NCBI RefSeq assembly: GCF_003334385.1
Contig: NZ_QOWN01000004.1
Length of the DNA stretch: 64,000 nt
DNA from: Escherichia coli
GTDB taxonomy: Bacteria > Pseudomonadota > Gammaproteobacteria > Enterobacterales > Enterobacteriaceae
Strand: one strand, 5' to 3'
Below, one piece after another: positions 39,204-53,093 of the stretch. Below the pieces are notes generated by a model. It was not told where the DNA came from and did not search any database. It worked only from the letters and a program-made list of their open reading frames with translations. The translations under genes and the position numbers were made by a program. Every line of letters begins with the position of its first letter. The first letter of the stretch is position 1.

Positions 39204-41051
39204 ATGCCAATTCAGGTCTTACCGCCACAACTGGCGAACCAGATTGCCGCAGGTGAGGTGGTCGAGCGACCTGCGTCGGTAGTCAAAGAACTAGTGGAAA
39301 ACAGCCTCGATGCAGGTGCGACGCGTATCGATATTGATATCGAACGCGGTGGGGCGAAACTTATCCGCATTCGTGATAACGGCTGCGGTATCAAAAAAGA
39401 TGAGCTGGCGCTGGCGCTGGCTCGTCATGCCACCAGTAAAATCGCCTCTCTGGACGATCTCGAAGCCATTATCAGCCTGGGCTTTCGCGGTGAGGCGCTG
39501 GCGAGTATCAGTTCGGTTTCCCGCCTGACGCTCACTTCACGCACCGCAGAACAGCAGGAAGCCTGGCAGGCCTATGCCGAAGGGCGCGATATGAACGTGA
39601 CGGTAAAACCGGCGGCGCATCCTGTGGGGACGACGCTGGAGGTGCTGGATCTGTTCTACAACACCCCGGCGCGGCGCAAATTCCTGCGCACCGAGAAAAC
39701 CGAATTTAACCACATTGATGAGATCATCCGCCGCATTGCGCTGGCGCGTTTCGACGTCACGATCAACCTGTCGCATAACGGTAAAATTGTGCGTCAGTAC
39801 CGCGCAGTGCCGGAAGGCGGGCAAAAAGAACGGCGCTTAGGCGCGATTTGCGGCACCGCTTTTCTTGAACAAGCGCTGGCGATTGAATGGCAACACGGCG
39901 ATCTCACGCTACGCGGCTGGGTGGCCGATCCAAATCACACCACGCCCGCACTGGCAGAAATTCAGTATTGCTACGTGAACGGTCGCATGATGCGCGATCG
40001 CCTGATCAATCACGCGATCCGCCAGGCCTGCGAAGACAAACTGGGGGCCGATCAGCAACCGGCATTTGTGTTGTATCTGGAGATCGACCCACATCAGGTG
40101 GACGTCAACGTGCACCCCGCCAAACACGAAGTGCGTTTCCATCAGTCGCGTCTGGTGCATGATTTTATCTATCAGGGCGTGCTGAGCGTGCTACAACAGC
40201 AACTGGAAACGCCGCTACCGCTGGACGATGAACCCCAACCTGCACCGCGTTCCATTCCGGAAAACCGCGTGGCGGCGGGGCGCAATCACTTTGCAGAACC
40301 GGCAGCTCGTGAGCCGGTAGCTCCGCGCTACACTCCTGCGCCAGCATCAGGCAGTCGTCCGGCTGCCCCCTGGCCGAATGCGCAGCCAGGCTACCAGAAA
40401 CAGCAAGGTGAAGTGTATCGCCAGCTTTTGCAAACGCCCGCGCCGATGCAAAAATTAAAAGCGCCGGAACCGCAGGAACCTGCACTTGCGGCGAACAGTC
40501 AGAGTTTTGGTCGGGTACTGACTATCGTCCATTCCGACTGTGCGTTGCTGGAGCGCGACGGCAACATTTCACTTTTATCCTTGCCAGTGGCAGAACGTTG
40601 GCTGCGTCAGGCACAATTGACGCCGGGTGAAGCGCCCGTTTGCGCCCAGCCGCTGCTGATTCCGTTGCGGCTAAAAGTTTCTGCCGAAGAAAAATCGGCA
40701 TTAGAAAAAGCGCAGTCTGCCCTGGCGGAATTGGGTATTGATTTCCAGTCAGATGCACAGCATGTGACCATCAGGGCAGTGCCTTTACCCTTACGCCAAC
40801 AAAATTTACAAATCTTGATTCCTGAACTGATAGGCTACCTGGCGAAGCAGTCCGTATTCGAACCTGGCAATATTGCGCAGTGGATTGCACGAAATCTGAT
40901 GAGCGAACATGCGCAGTGGTCAATGGCACAGGCCATAACCCTGCTGGCGGACGTGGAACGGTTATGTCCGCAACTTGTGAAAACGCCGCCGGGTGGTCTG
41001 TTACAATCTGTTGATTTACATCCGGCGATAAAAGCCCTGAAAGATGAGTGA
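39204..41051 (+). CDS. mutL: DNA mismatch repair protein MutL
   Basis: ORF-track ORF 39201..41051; [38 protein letters not shown]... GHKL ATPase motifs. Confidence 0.97.
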
Positions 41052-41994
41052 TATCAGTAAGGCGAGCCTGCCTAAGGCGATTTTTTTGATGGGGCCGACG
41101 GCCTCCGGTAAAACGGCGTTAGCCATTGAGCTGCGTAAAATTTTACCAGTAGAGTTGATAAGCGTTGATTCTGCCCTTATTTACAAAGGGATGGATATCG
41201 GGACGGCGAAGCCGAACGCTGAAGAGTTACTCGCCGCGCCGCACCGATTGCTGGATATTCGCGATCCGTCGCAGGCTTACTCGGCTGCTGATTTTCGCCG
41301 CGATGCGCTGGCGGAAATGGCCGATATCACCGCGGCGGGGCGGATCCCACTGTTAGTGGGCGGTACGATGTTGTATTTCAAGGCATTGCTGGAAGGGTTG
41401 TCGCCGCTACCGTCGGCAGACCCGGAAGTACGGGCCAGAATTGAGCAACAGGCGGCAGAGCAAGGTTGGGAGTCATTGCATCGTCAACTTCAGGAGGTAG
41501 ATCCGGTTGCGGCAGCAAGGATTCATCCAAATGATCCACAAAGGCTTTCCCGGGCACTGGAAGTTTTTTTCATTTCGGGTAAAACTTTAACGGAACTGAC
41601 GCAAACGTCAGGAGACGCTCTACCGTATCAGGTGCATCAGTTCGCCATCGCCCCGGCGAGCCGTGAACTGCTCCATCAACGCATTGAGCAGCGTTTTCAT
41701 CAGATGTTGGCTTCAGGTTTTGAAGCAGAAGTCCGGGCGCTTTTTGCCCGAGGAGATTTGCATACGGACTTGCCTTCCATTCGTTGCGTGGGTTATCGCC
41801 AGATGTGGTCTTACCTTGAAGGCGAAATCTCATACGATGAAATGGTTTATCGAGGTGTTTGCGCCACGAGACAGTTGGCGAAGCGGCAGATAACCTGGCT
41901 GCGTGGTTGGGAAGGGGTTCACTGGCTTGACAGTGAAAAACCAGAACAGGCGCGTGACGAAGTATTACAGGTTGTTGGTGCTATCGCAGGCTGA
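41044..41994 (+). CDS. miaA: tRNA dimethylallyltransferase MiaA
   Basis: ORF-track 316 aa with P-loop GPTASGKT; overlaps mutL stop by 8 nt. Confidence 0.97.
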
Positions 41995-42067
41995 ATGTGT
42001 ACAATTGAGACGTATCGTGCGCAATTTTTTCAGAATCGAAAGGTTCAAAGTACAAATAAGCATATAA

Positions 42068-42388
<321 letters not shown>

Positions 42389-42463
42389 GGTTTCGGGCTG
42401 TTTTTTTACACGGGGAGCCAGCGATCCTGCGTTCCCCGCTGATCTATTTAGAGGGTTATACGC

Positions 42464-43744
42464 TTGTTTGACCGTTATGATGCTGGTGAGCAGGCGGTAC
42501 TGGTACACATCTATTTTACGCAAGACAAAGATATGGAAGACCTCCAGGAGTTTGAATCTCTGGTCTCTTCCGCCGGTGTCGAAGCATTGCAGGTGATTAC
42601 CGGTAGCCGTAAAGCGCCGCACCCAAAGTATTTTGTAGGTGAAGGTAAAGCAGTTGAAATTGCGGAAGCTGTCAAAGCGACGGGTGCTTCGGTCGTTCTT
42701 TTTGACCATGCCCTGAGCCCGGCGCAAGAGCGTAACCTGGAGCGTTTGTGCGAGTGTCGTGTTATCGACCGCACCGGCCTTATTTTAGATATTTTCGCCC
42801 AACGTGCGCGTACCCATGAGGGTAAGTTGCAGGTTGAGCTGGCGCAGCTGCGCCATCTGGCTACGCGCCTGGTGCGTGGCTGGACCCACCTTGAAAGACA
42901 GAAAGGCGGGATAGGTTTGCGTGGTCCGGGTGAAACCCAGCTCGAAACCGACCGTCGTTTGTTGCGTAATCGCATCGTGCAGATACAGTCGCGCCTGGAA
43001 AGAGTTGAAAAGCAGCGTGAGCAGGGGCGGCAATCGCGTATCAAAGCCGACGTTCCTACTGTTTCGCTGGTGGGATATACCAACGCCGGTAAATCTACCC
43101 TTTTCAATCGCATCACCGAAGCGCGGGTCTACGCGGCAGACCAGTTGTTTGCCACCCTCGACCCGACGTTGCGGCGTATTGACGTTGCAGATGTCGGTGA
43201 AACCGTACTTGCAGATACCGTAGGGTTTATTCGCCACCTGCCGCACGATCTGGTGGCGGCATTTAAAGCCACGTTACAAGAGACGCGGCAAGCCACATTA
43301 CTGCTGCACGTCATTGATGCGGCGGATGTGCGTGTACAAGAAAACATCGAAGCGGTGAATACGGTTCTTGAAGAGATCGACGCTCACGAGATCCCAACCC
43401 TGCTGGTGATGAACAAGATCGATATGCTGGAAGATTTCGAACCGCGTATTGATCGGGACGAAGAGAACAAACCGATCCGTGTCTGGCTTTCCGCACAGAC
43501 CGGAGCGGGGATACCACAGCTTTTTCAGGCTTTGACGGAGCGGCTTTCCGGCGAGGTGGCGCAGCATACATTGCGTCTGCCACCGCAGGAAGGGCGTCTG
43601 AGAAGTCGTTTTTATCAGCTTCAGGCAATAGAAAAAGAGTGGATGGAGGAGGACGGCAGCGTAAGTCTGCAAGTTCGTATGCCGATCGTTGACTGGCGTC
43701 GCCTCTGTAAACAAGAACCGGCGTTGATCGATTACCTGATCTAA
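42464..43744 (+). CDS. hflX: ribosome-associated GTPase HflX (TTG start)
   Basis: ORF-track 426 aa; TTG at 42464; G1 motif GYTNAGKST. Confidence 0.95.
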   Translation: MFDRYDAGEQAVLVHIYFTQDKDMEDLQEFESLVSSAGVEALQVITGSRKAPHPKYFVGEGKAVEIAEAVKATGASVVLFDHALSPAQERNLERLCECRVIDRTGLILDIFAQRARTHEGKLQVELAQLRHLATRLVRGWTHLERQKGGIGLRGPGETQLETDRRLLRNRIVQIQSRLERVEKQREQGRQSRIKADVPTVSLVGYTNAGKSTLFNRITEARVYAADQLFATLDPTLRRIDVADVGETVLADTVGFIRHLPHDLVAAFKATLQETRQATLLLHVIDAADVRVQENIEAVNTVLEEIDAHEIPTLLVMNKIDMLEDFEPRIDRDEENKPIRVWLSAQTGAGIPQLFQALTERLSGEVAQHTLRLPPQEGRLRSRFYQLQAIEKEWMEEDGSVSLQVRMPIVDWRRLCKQEPALIDYLI

Positions 43745-43829
43745 CGGCGTAGCGTCTGAAGCGTGGAGTCATATCCTCTGGCGTCGAAAGACAACAGGGA
43801 TCACCGCATAACAAATATGGAGCACAAAC

Positions 43830-45089
43830 ATGGCGTGGAATCAGCCCGGTAATAACGGACAAGACCGCGACCCGTGGGGAAGCAGCAAACCTGGCGGCAA
43901 CTCTGAGGGAAATGGAAACAAAGGCGGTCGCGATCAAGGGCCACCTGATTTAGATGATATCTTCCGCAAACTGAGCAAAAAGCTCGGTGGTCTGGGCGGC
44001 GGTAAAGGCACCGGATCTGGCGGTGGCAGTTCATCGCAAGGCCCGCGCCCGCAGCTTGGCGGTCGTGTCGTTACCATCGCAGCGGCAGCGATTGTCATTA
44101 TCTGGGCGGCCAGTGGTTTCTATACCATTAAAGAAGCCGAACGCGGCGTGGTAACACGCTTTGGTAAATTCAGCCATCTGGTTGAGCCGGGTCTGAACTG
44201 GAAACCGACGTTTATCGACGAAGTCAAACCGGTGAACGTGGAAGCCGTGCGTGAACTGGCCGCTTCTGGTGTGATGCTGACGTCGGACGAGAACGTAGTG
44301 CGCGTTGAGATGAACGTGCAGTACCGCGTCACCAATCCGGAAAAATATCTGTATAGCGTGACCAGCCCGGATGACAGCCTGCGTCAGGCTACCGACAGCG
44401 CCCTGCGTGGAGTTATCGGTAAATACACCATGGACCGCATTCTGACGGAAGGTCGTACCGTGATTCGTAGCGATACTCAGCGCGAACTGGAAGAGACGAT
44501 TCGTCCGTATGACATGGGTATCACGCTGCTGGACGTCAACTTCCAGGCTGCTCGTCCGCCGGAAGAAGTAAAAGCGGCGTTTGACGATGCGATTGCCGCG
44601 CGTGAAAACGAACAGCAATACATTCGTGAAGCAGAAGCGTATACCAACGAAGTTCAGCCGCGTGCGAACGGTCAGGCGCAACGTATCCTCGAAGAGGCGC
44701 GTGCGTACAAGGCCCAGACCATCCTGGAAGCTCAGGGTGAAGTGGCGCGCTTTGCTAAACTTCTGCCGGAATATAAAGCCGCGCCGGAAATTACTCGCGA
44801 GCGTCTGTATATCGAGACGATGGAAAAAGTGTTGGGTAACACCCGCAAAGTGCTGGTTAACGATAAAGGTGGCAACCTGATGGTTCTGCCGTTAGACCAG
44901 ATGCTGAAAGGTGGTAACGCCCCTGCGGCGAAGAGCGATAACGGTGCCAGCAATCTGCTGCGTCTGCCGCCAGCCTCTTCCTCCACAACCAGTGGAGCAA
45001 GCAACACGTCGTCCACCAGTCAGGGCGATATTATGGACCAACGCCGCGCCAACGCGCAGCGTAACGACTACCAGCGTCAGGGGGAATAA
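43830..45089 (+). CDS. hflK: FtsH modulator HflK (SPFH family)
   Basis: ORF-track 419 aa; Gly-rich N-terminus, single TM, SPFH domain. Confidence 0.96.
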   Translation: MAWNQPGNNGQDRDPWGSSKPGGNSEGNGNKGGRDQGPPDLDDIFRKLSKKLGGLGGGKGTGSGGGSSSQGPRPQLGGRVVTIAAAAIVIIWAASGFYTIKEAERGVVTRFGKFSHLVEPGLNWKPTFIDEVKPVNVEAVRELAASGVMLTSDENVVRVEMNVQYRVTNPEKYLYSVTSPDDSLRQATDSALRGVIGKYTMDRILTEGRTVIRSDTQRELEETIRPYDMGITLLDVNFQAARPPEEVKAAFDDAIAARENEQQYIREAEAYTNEVQPRANGQAQRILEEARAYKAQTILEAQGEVARFAKLLPEYKAAPEITRERLYIETMEKVLGNTRKVLVNDKGGNLMVLPLDQMLKGGNAPAAKSDNGASNLLRLPPASSSTTSGASNTSSTSQGDIMDQRRANAQRNDYQRQGE

Positions 45090-45091
45090 CG

Positions 45092-46096
45092 ATGCGTAAG
45101 TCAGTTATCGCGATTATCATCATCGTGCTGGTAGTGCTTTACATGTCTGTCTTTGTCGTCAAAGAAGGTGAGCGCGGTATTACGCTGCGTTTTGGTAAGG
45201 TACTGCGTGACGATGACAACAAACCTCTGGTTTATGAGCCGGGTCTGCATTTCAAGATACCGTTCATTGAAACGGTGAAAATGCTCGACGCACGTATTCA
45301 GACCATGGACAACCAGGCCGACCGCTTTGTGACCAAAGAGAAGAAAGACCTGATCGTCGACTCTTACATCAAATGGCGCATCAGCGATTTCAGCCGTTAC
45401 TACCTGGCAACGGGTGGTGGCGACATTTCGCAAGCGGAAGTGCTGTTGAAACGTAAGTTCTCTGACCGTCTGCGTTCTGAAATTGGTCGCCTGGACGTGA
45501 AAGATATCGTCACCGATTCCCGTGGTCGTCTGACCCTCGAAGTACGTGACGCGCTGAACTCCGGTTCTGCGGGTACAGAAGATGAAGTTACTACCCCGGC
45601 GGCAGATAACGCCATTGCCGAAGCGGCAGAGCGCGTAACGGCTGAGACGAAGGGCAAAGTTCCGGTCATCAACCCGAACAGTATGGCGGCGCTGGGTATT
45701 GAAGTTGTCGATGTGCGTATCAAGCAGATCAACCTGCCGACCGAAGTGTCTGAAGCGATCTACAACCGTATGCGCGCCGAGCGTGAAGCGGTAGCGCGTC
45801 GTCACCGTTCACAAGGTCAGGAAGAAGCGGAAAAACTGCGCGCGACTGCCGACTATGAAGTGACCAGAACGCTGGCAGAAGCTGAGCGTCAGGGCCGCAT
45901 CATGCGTGGTGAAGGCGATGCCGAAGCAGCCAAACTGTTTGCTGATGCATTCAGTAAAGATCCGGACTTCTACGCATTCATCCGTAGCCTGCGTGCTTAT
46001 GAGAACAGCTTCTCTGGCAATCAGGACGTGATGGTCATGAGCCCGGATAGCGATTTCTTCCGCTACATGAAGACGCCGACTTCCGCAACGCGTTAA
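45092..46096 (+). CDS. hflC: FtsH modulator HflC (SPFH family)
   Basis: ORF-track 334 aa; 2-nt gap from hflK. Confidence 0.96.
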   Translation: MRKSVIAIIIIVLVVLYMSVFVVKEGERGITLRFGKVLRDDDNKPLVYEPGLHFKIPFIETVKMLDARIQTMDNQADRFVTKEKKDLIVDSYIKWRISDFSRYYLATGGGDISQAEVLLKRKFSDRLRSEIGRLDVKDIVTDSRGRLTLEVRDALNSGSAGTEDEVTTPAADNAIAEAAERVTAETKGKVPVINPNSMAALGIEVVDVRIKQINLPTEVSEAIYNRMRAEREAVARRHRSQGQEEAEKLRATADYEVTRTLAEAERQGRIMRGEGDAEAAKLFADAFSKDPDFYAFIRSLRAYENSFSGNQDVMVMSPDSDFFRYMKTPTSATR

Positions 46097-46125
46097 TATA
46101 ACGACTGCGGTACAGGTCAATAAAG

Positions 46126-46163
46126 CCACCGCATCCTCAGGGATGTCGGTGGTTTTCTTTTTC
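46126..46163 (+). terminator. rho-independent terminator at the end of the hfq-hflXKC string
   Basis: ccaccgcatcctcagggatgtcggtgg hairpin followed by ttttcttttt. Confidence 0.7.
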
Positions 46164-46177
46164 TATAAGGATAATGA

Positions 46178-46375
46178 ATGAATTCGACAATCTGGCTGGC
46201 GCTTGCCCTGGTTTTGGTACTGGAAGGTTTAGGGCCGATGCTTTACCCGAAGGCATGGAAGAAGATGATCTCTGCGATGACCAATTTGCCCGATAATATT
46301 TTACGTCGTTTTGGCGGTGGACTTGTGGTTGCGGGCGTTGTGGTCTACTACATGTTGAGGAAAACGATTGGCTGA
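46178..46375 (+). CDS. yjeT: small membrane protein YjeT (DUF2065)
   Basis: ORF-track 65 aa, two hydrophobic helices. Confidence 0.85.
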   Translation: MNSTIWLALALVLVLEGLGPMLYPKAWKKMISAMTNLPDNILRRFGGGLVVAGVVVYYMLRKTIG

Positions 46376-46475
46376 ACAAAAAACAGACTGATCGAGGTCA
46401 TTTTTGAGTGCAAAAAGTGCTGTAACTCTGAAAAAGCGATGGTAGAATCCATTTTTAAGCAAACGGTGATTTTGA

Positions 46476-47777
<1,302 letters not shown>

Positions 47778-47981
47778 TTCTGGTACGCCTGGCAGATATT
47801 TTGCCTGCCGGGCGAACAGTGTGATACATTGCTGTGTCGGGTAAGCCATTACGCTATCCGACACAGTGTTAAATCCTCGCTTTTTTCCTTCCCCGAACTG
47901 AAATAAATTAGCGACACAGCTTGTGGCTGGTTTATCATCAATATAAATGTATTTTTTCCCGATTTCCCTTTTGAGGTTGAT

Positions 47982-48407
47982 GTGCAGTTAACGAGTTTCA
48001 CTGATTACGGATTACGTGCGCTGATCTACATGGCGTCATTGCCAGAAGGGCGGATGACCAGTATTTCTGAAGTGACTGACGTCTACGGCGTCTCCCGTAA
48101 TCATATGGTCAAAATAATCAATCAACTTAGTCGTGCCGGCTACGTGACTGCTGTTCGTGGAAAAAATGGCGGCATTCGCCTGGGTAAACCGGCGAGTGCG
48201 ATACGTATTGGTGATGTGGTGCGCGAGCTGGAGCCCTTATCGCTGGTGAATTGCAGCAGTGAGTTTTGCCACATTACACCTGCCTGTAGGTTGAAACAGG
48301 CACTTTCTAAGGCCGTGCAAAGTTTTCTTACGGAACTGGATAACTACACGCTTGCCGATTTGGTTGAAGAGAATCAACCGCTTTATAAATTATTGCTGGT
48401 GGAGTGA
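47982..48407 (+). CDS. nsrR: NO-sensing Rrf2-family repressor NsrR (GTG start)
   Basis: ORF-track 141 aa; GTG at 47982; Rrf2 HTH and three C-terminal cysteines. Confidence 0.93.
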
Positions 48408-48445
48408 CGAAAATCTTCATCAGAGATGACAACGGAGGAACCGAG

Positions 48446-50887
48446 ATGTCACAAGATCCTTTCCAGGAACGCGAAGCTGAAAAATACGCGAATCCCATCC
48501 CTAGTCGGGAATTTATCCTCGAACATTTAACCAAACGTGAAAAACCGGCCAGCCGTGATGAGCTGGCGGTAGAACTGCACATTGAAGGCGAAGAGCAGCT
48601 TGAAGGCCTGCGTCGCCGCCTGCGCGCGATGGAGCGCGATGGTCAACTGGTCTTCACTCGTCGTCAGTGCTATGCGCTGCCGGAACGCCTCGACCTGGTG
48701 AAAGGTACCGTTATTGGCCACCGTGATGGCTACGGCTTTCTGCGGGTTGAAGGGCGTAAAGATGATTTGTATCTCTCCAGCGAGCAGATGAAAACCTGCA
48801 TTCATGGCGATCAGGTGCTGGCTCAGCCGCTGGGTGCTGACCGTAAAGGTCGTCGTGAAGCGCGTATTGTCCGCGTACTGGTGCCAAAAACCAGCCAGAT
48901 TGTTGGTCGCTACTTTACCGAAGCGGGCGTCGGCTTTGTGGTTCCTGACGACAGCCGTCTGAGCTTCGATATCTTAATCCCGCCCGATCAGATCATGGGC
49001 GCGCGGATGGGCTTTGTGGTCGTAGTCGAACTGACTCAGCGTCCGACTCGCCGCACCAAAGCGGTGGGTAAAATCGTCGAAGTGCTGGGCGACAATATGG
49101 GCACCGGCATGGCGGTTGATATCGCTCTGCGTACCCATGAAATTCCGTACATCTGGCCGCAGGCTGTTGAGCAACAGGTTGCCGGGCTGAAAGAAGAAGT
49201 GCCGGAAGAAGCAAAAGCGGGCCGTGTTGATCTGCGCGATTTACCGCTGGTCACCATTGATGGCGAAGACGCCCGTGACTTTGACGATGCAGTTTACTGC
49301 GAGAAAAAACGCGGCGGCGGCTGGCGTTTATGGGTCGCGATTGCCGACGTCAGCTACTATGTGCGTCCGTCAACGCCGCTGGACAGAGAAGCGCGTAACC
49401 GTGGCACGTCGGTGTACTTCCCTTCGCAGGTTATCCCGATGCTGCCGGAAGTGCTCTCTAACGGCCTGTGTTCGCTCAACCCGCAGGTAGACCGCCTGTG
49501 TATGGTGTGCGAGATGACGGTTTCGTCGAAAGGCCGCCTGACGGGCTACAAATTCTACGAAGCGGTGATGAGCTCTCACGCGCGTCTGACCTACACCAAA
49601 GTCTGGCATATTCTGCAGGGCGATCAGGATCTGCGCGAGCAGTACGCCCCGCTGGTTAAGCATCTCGAAGAGTTGCATAACCTCTATAAAGTGCTGGATA
49701 AAGCCCGTGAAGAACGCGGTGGGATCTCATTTGAGAGCGAAGAAGCGAAGTTCATTTTCAACGCTGAACGCCGTATTGAACGTATCGAACAGACCCAGCG
49801 TAACGACGCGCACAAATTAATTGAAGAGTGCATGATTCTGGCGAATATCTCGGCGGCGCGTTTCGTTGAGAAAGCGAAAGAACCGGCACTGTTCCGTATT
49901 CACGACAAGCCGAGCACCGAAGCGATTACCTCTTTCCGTTCAGTGCTGGCGGAGCTGGGGCTGGAACTGCCGGGCGGTAACAAGCCGGAACCGCGTGACT
50001 ACGCGGAGCTGCTGGAGTCGGTTGCCGATCGTCCTGATGCAGAAATGCTGCAAACCATGCTGCTGCGCTCGATGAAACAGGCGATTTACGATCCAGAAAA
50101 CCGTGGTCACTTTGGCCTGGCATTGCAGTCCTATGCGCACTTTACTTCGCCGATTCGTCGTTATCCAGACCTGACGCTGCACCGCGCCATTAAATATCTG
50201 CTGGCGAAAGAGCAGGGGCATCAGGGCAACACCAATGAAACCGGCGGCTACCATTATTCGATGGAAGAGATGCTGCAACTGGGTCAGCACTGTTCGATGG
50301 CGGAACGTCGTGCCGACGAAGCAACGCGCGATGTGGCTGACTGGCTGAAGTGTGACTTCATGCTCGACCAGGTAGGTAACGTCTTTAAAGGCGTAATTTC
50401 CAGCGTCACTGGCTTTGGCTTCTTCGTCCGTCTGGACGACTTGTTCATTGATGGTCTGGTCCATGTCTCTTCGCTGGACAATGACTACTATCGCTTTGAC
50501 CAGGTAGGGCAACGCCTGATGGGGGAATCCAGCGGCCAGACTTATCGCCTGGGCGATCGCGTGGAAGTTCGCGTCGAAGCGGTTAATATGGACGAGCGCA
50601 AAATCGACTTTAGCCTGATCTCCAGCGAACGCGCACCGCGCAACGTCGGTAAAACGGCGCGCGAGAAAGCGAAAAAAGGCGATGCAGGTAAAAAAGGCGG
50701 CAAGCGTCGTCAGGTCGGTAAAAAGGTAAACTTTGAGCCAGACAGCGCCTTCCGCGGTGAGAAAAAAACGAAGCCGAAAGCGGCGAAGAAAGACGCGAGA
50801 AAAGCGAAAAAGCCATCGGCGAAAACGCAGAAAATAGCTGCAGCGACCAAAGCGAAGCGTGCGGCGAAGAAAAAAGTGGCAGAGTGA
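48446..50887 (+). CDS. rnr: ribonuclease R
   Basis: ORF-track ORF 48404..50887; start at [23 protein letters not shown] (813 aa); RNB domain, S1 domain and Lys-rich C-terminal tail. Confidence 0.95.
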   Translation: MSQDPFQEREAEKYANPIPSREFILEHLTKREKPASRDELAVELHIEGEEQLEGLRRRLRAMERDGQLVFTRRQCYALPERLDLVKGTVIGHRDGYGFLRVEGRKDDLYLSSEQMKTCIHGDQVLAQPLGADRKGRREARIVRVLVPKTSQIVGRYFTEAGVGFVVPDDSRLSFDILIPPDQIMGARMGFVVVVELTQRPTRRTKAVGKIVEVLGDNMGTGMAVDIALRTHEIPYIWPQAVEQQVAGLKEEVPEEAKAGRVDLRDLPLVTIDGEDARDFDDAVYCEKKRGGGWRLWVAIADVSYYVRPSTPLDREARNRGTSVYFPSQVIPMLPEVLSNGLCSLNPQVDRLCMVCEMTVSSKGRLTGYKFYEAVMSSHARLTYTKVWHILQGDQDLREQYAPLVKHLEELHNLYKVLDKAREERGGISFESEEAKFIFNAERRIERIEQTQRNDAHKLIEECMILANISAARFVEKAKEPALFRIHDKPSTEAITSFRSVLAELGLELPGGNKPEPRDYAELLESVADRPDAEMLQTMLLRSMKQAIYDPENRGHFGLALQSYAHFTSPIRRYPDLTLHRAIKYLLAKEQGHQGNTNETGGYHYSMEEMLQLGQHCSMAERRADEATRDVADWLKCDFMLDQVGNVFKGVISSVTGFGFFVRLDDLFIDGLVHVSSLDNDYYRFDQVGQRLMGESSGQTYRLGDRVEVRVEAVNMDERKIDFSLISSERAPRNVGKTAREKAKKGDAGKKGGKRRQVGKKVNFEPDSAFRGEKKTKPKAAKKDARKAKKPSAKTQKIAAATKAKRAAKKKVAE

Positions 50888-50943
50888 TCAATACCCTCTT
50901 TAAAAGAAGAGGGTTAGATTGCTGACAAAATGCGCTTTGTTCA

Positions 50944-51042
50944 TGCCGGATGCGGCGTGAACGCCTTATCCGGCCTACATAATCACGCAAATTCAATATA
51001 TTGCAGAGATCATGTAGGCCGGATAAACGTAGTGCATCAGGC
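50944..51042. repeat. REP/BIME palindromic units between rnr and rlmB
   Basis: tgccggatgcggcgtgaacgccttatccggcctaca and gtaggccggataaacgtagtgcatcaggc. Confidence 0.7.
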
Positions 51043-51066
51043 AAAACGTAAACAACGAGTACATTA

Positions 51067-51798
51067 ATGAGCGAAATGATTTACGGCATCCACGCAGTGC
51101 AGGCCCTGCTGGAGCGCGCCCCTGAACGTTTTCAGGAAGTCTTTATTTTAAAAGGCCGTGAAGATAAACGTCTGTTACCGCTGATTCACGCCCTTGAGTC
51201 TCAGGGCGTGGTTATCCAGTTGGCAAACCGCCAATATCTCGACGAGAAAAGCGACGGTGCCGTGCATCAGGGCATTATCGCCCGCGTGAAGCCAGGACGT
51301 CAGTATCAGGAAAACGATCTGCCGGATCTGATCGCTTCGCTCGATCAACCGTTCCTGCTGATCCTCGACGGCGTAACCGATCCGCACAACCTCGGCGCGT
51401 GCCTGCGTAGTGCGGACGCCGCAGGCGTTCATGCGGTGATTGTGCCGAAAGATCGCTCCGCACAGCTCAACGCTACGGCGAAAAAAGTAGCCTGCGGCGC
51501 GGCAGAAAGCGTTCCGCTGATTCGGGTGACTAACCTTGCGCGCACCATGCGTATGTTGCAGGAAGAGAATATCTGGATCGTCGGTACGGCAGGCGAGGCG
51601 GATCATACACTCTATCAGAGCAAAATGACCGGACGCCTGGCGCTGGTGATGGGTGCGGAAGGTGAAGGTATGCGTCGCCTGACTCGTGAACATTGCGATG
51701 AGTTGATCAGCATCCCGATGGCTGGAAGCGTTTCTTCCCTGAACGTTTCGGTTGCGACCGGAATTTGCTTATTTGAAGCGGTGCGCCAGCGCAGCTAA
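51067..51798 (+). CDS. rlmB: 23S rRNA (Gm2251) 2'-O-methyltransferase RlmB
   Basis: ORF-track 243 aa SpoU/TrmH-family methyltransferase. Confidence 0.95.
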
Positions 51799-51816
51799 TT
51801 TCTCAGAATTATGAAA

Positions 51817-51846
51817 AGCCATCCAGATTTGGATGGTTTTTTTTTG
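51817..51846 (+). terminator. rho-independent terminator after rlmB
   Basis: gccatccagatttggatgg hairpin followed by a run of about 10 T. Confidence 0.75.
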
Positions 51847-51924
51847 TCTATAGCTGGTAAGATAATTACGTATTGCAAATATTCATTTTATTAATATTTA
51901 AACTTAATCTATATGGAATAATAT

Positions 51925-52326
51925 ATGACATGGAATCCGTTGGCGCTAGCGACGGCGCTGCAAACTGTACCTGAACAAAATATTGATGTAACAAATAGCG
52001 AGAACGCATTAATTATTAAAATGAATGATTATGGCGATTTGCAAATCAATATTCTTTTTACTTCCCGCCAAATGATTATCGAAACCTTTATTTGTCCGGT
52101 GAGTAGTATCAGCAATCCAGATGAATTTAATACCTTCTTATTAAGAAATCAGAAGATGATGCCGTTGTCATCGGTAGGGATCTCCAGCGTACAACAGGAA
52201 GAGTATTACATTGTTTTCGGGGCGTTATCGCTTAAATCTTCTCTTGAAGATATCCTGCTTGAGATAACCTCGCTGGTAGATAACGCATTGGATCTGGCTG
52301 AAATTACAGAAGAATATTCACACTAA
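51925..52326 (+). CDS. yjfI: uncharacterised protein YjfI (DUF2170)
   Basis: ORF-track 133 aa; first gene of yjfIJKLMC cluster. Confidence 0.85.
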   Translation: MTWNPLALATALQTVPEQNIDVTNSENALIIKMNDYGDLQINILFTSRQMIIETFICPVSSISNPDEFNTFLLRNQKMMPLSSVGISSVQQEEYYIVFGALSLKSSLEDILLEITSLVDNALDLAEITEEYSH

Positions 52327-52344
52327 TTACAAGGACGGGTATTT

Positions 52345-53043
52345 ATGGGAATTTTAAAAAGTTTATTTACGCTGGGGAAATCGTTTATCTCCCAGGCGGA
52401 AGAATCCATTGAAGAAACCCAGGGCGTGCGCATGCTGGAACAGCATATTCGTGACGCTAAAGCTGAACTCGATAAAGCCGGAAAATCTCGCGTTGATCTG
52501 CTGGCGCGGGTGAAATTAAGTCACGATAAGCTGAAAGATTTACGTGAGCGCAAAGCCAGTCTGGAAGCCCGTGCGCTGGAAGCGTTAAGCAAGAACGTTA
52601 ATCCGTCGTTGATTAACGAAGTTGCTGAAGAAATCGCGCGCCTTGAGAATCTCATTACCGCTGAAGAGCAAGTGTTGTCGAATCTGGAAGTCTCCCGTGA
52701 TGGCGTGGAAAAAGCAGTTACAGCGACAGCGCAGCGTATCGCTCAGTTTGAGCAGCAAATGGAAGTCGTTAAAGCCACTGAAGCCATGCAGCGTGCACAA
52801 CAGGCTGTAACAACCTCTACCGTTGGCGCATCTTCCAGCGTTTCGACAGCGGCAGAATCCTTAAAACGCCTGCAAACGCGTCAGGCCGAACGTCAGGCTC
52901 GCCTGGATGCTGCCGCACAGTTGGAGAAAGTCGCAGACGGTCGCGACCTTGACGAAAAGCTGGCGGAAGCCGGAATTGGCGGTAGCAATAAAAGTAGCGC
53001 CCAGGATGTATTAGCAAGACTGCAACGCCAACAGGGCGAGTAA
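52345..53043 (+). CDS. yjfJ: PspA/IM30-like coiled-coil protein YjfJ
   Basis: ORF-track 232 aa; N-terminus MGILKSLFTLGKSFISQAEESIEE parallels PspA [24 protein letters not shown]; predominantly heptad-like charged/aliphatic pattern. Confidence 0.85.
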   Translation: MGILKSLFTLGKSFISQAEESIEETQGVRMLEQHIRDAKAELDKAGKSRVDLLARVKLSHDKLKDLRERKASLEARALEALSKNVNPSLINEVAEEIARLENLITAEEQVLSNLEVSRDGVEKAVTATAQRIAQFEQQMEVVKATEAMQRAQQAVTTSTVGASSSVSTAAESLKRLQTRQAERQARLDAAAQLEKVADGRDLDEKLAEAGIGGSNKSSAQDVLARLQRQQGE

Positions 53044-53093
53044 TTTTTTTGCCAGCCTCGCTAAAAGGCTGGCAACTATTTTAAGGATAAAAT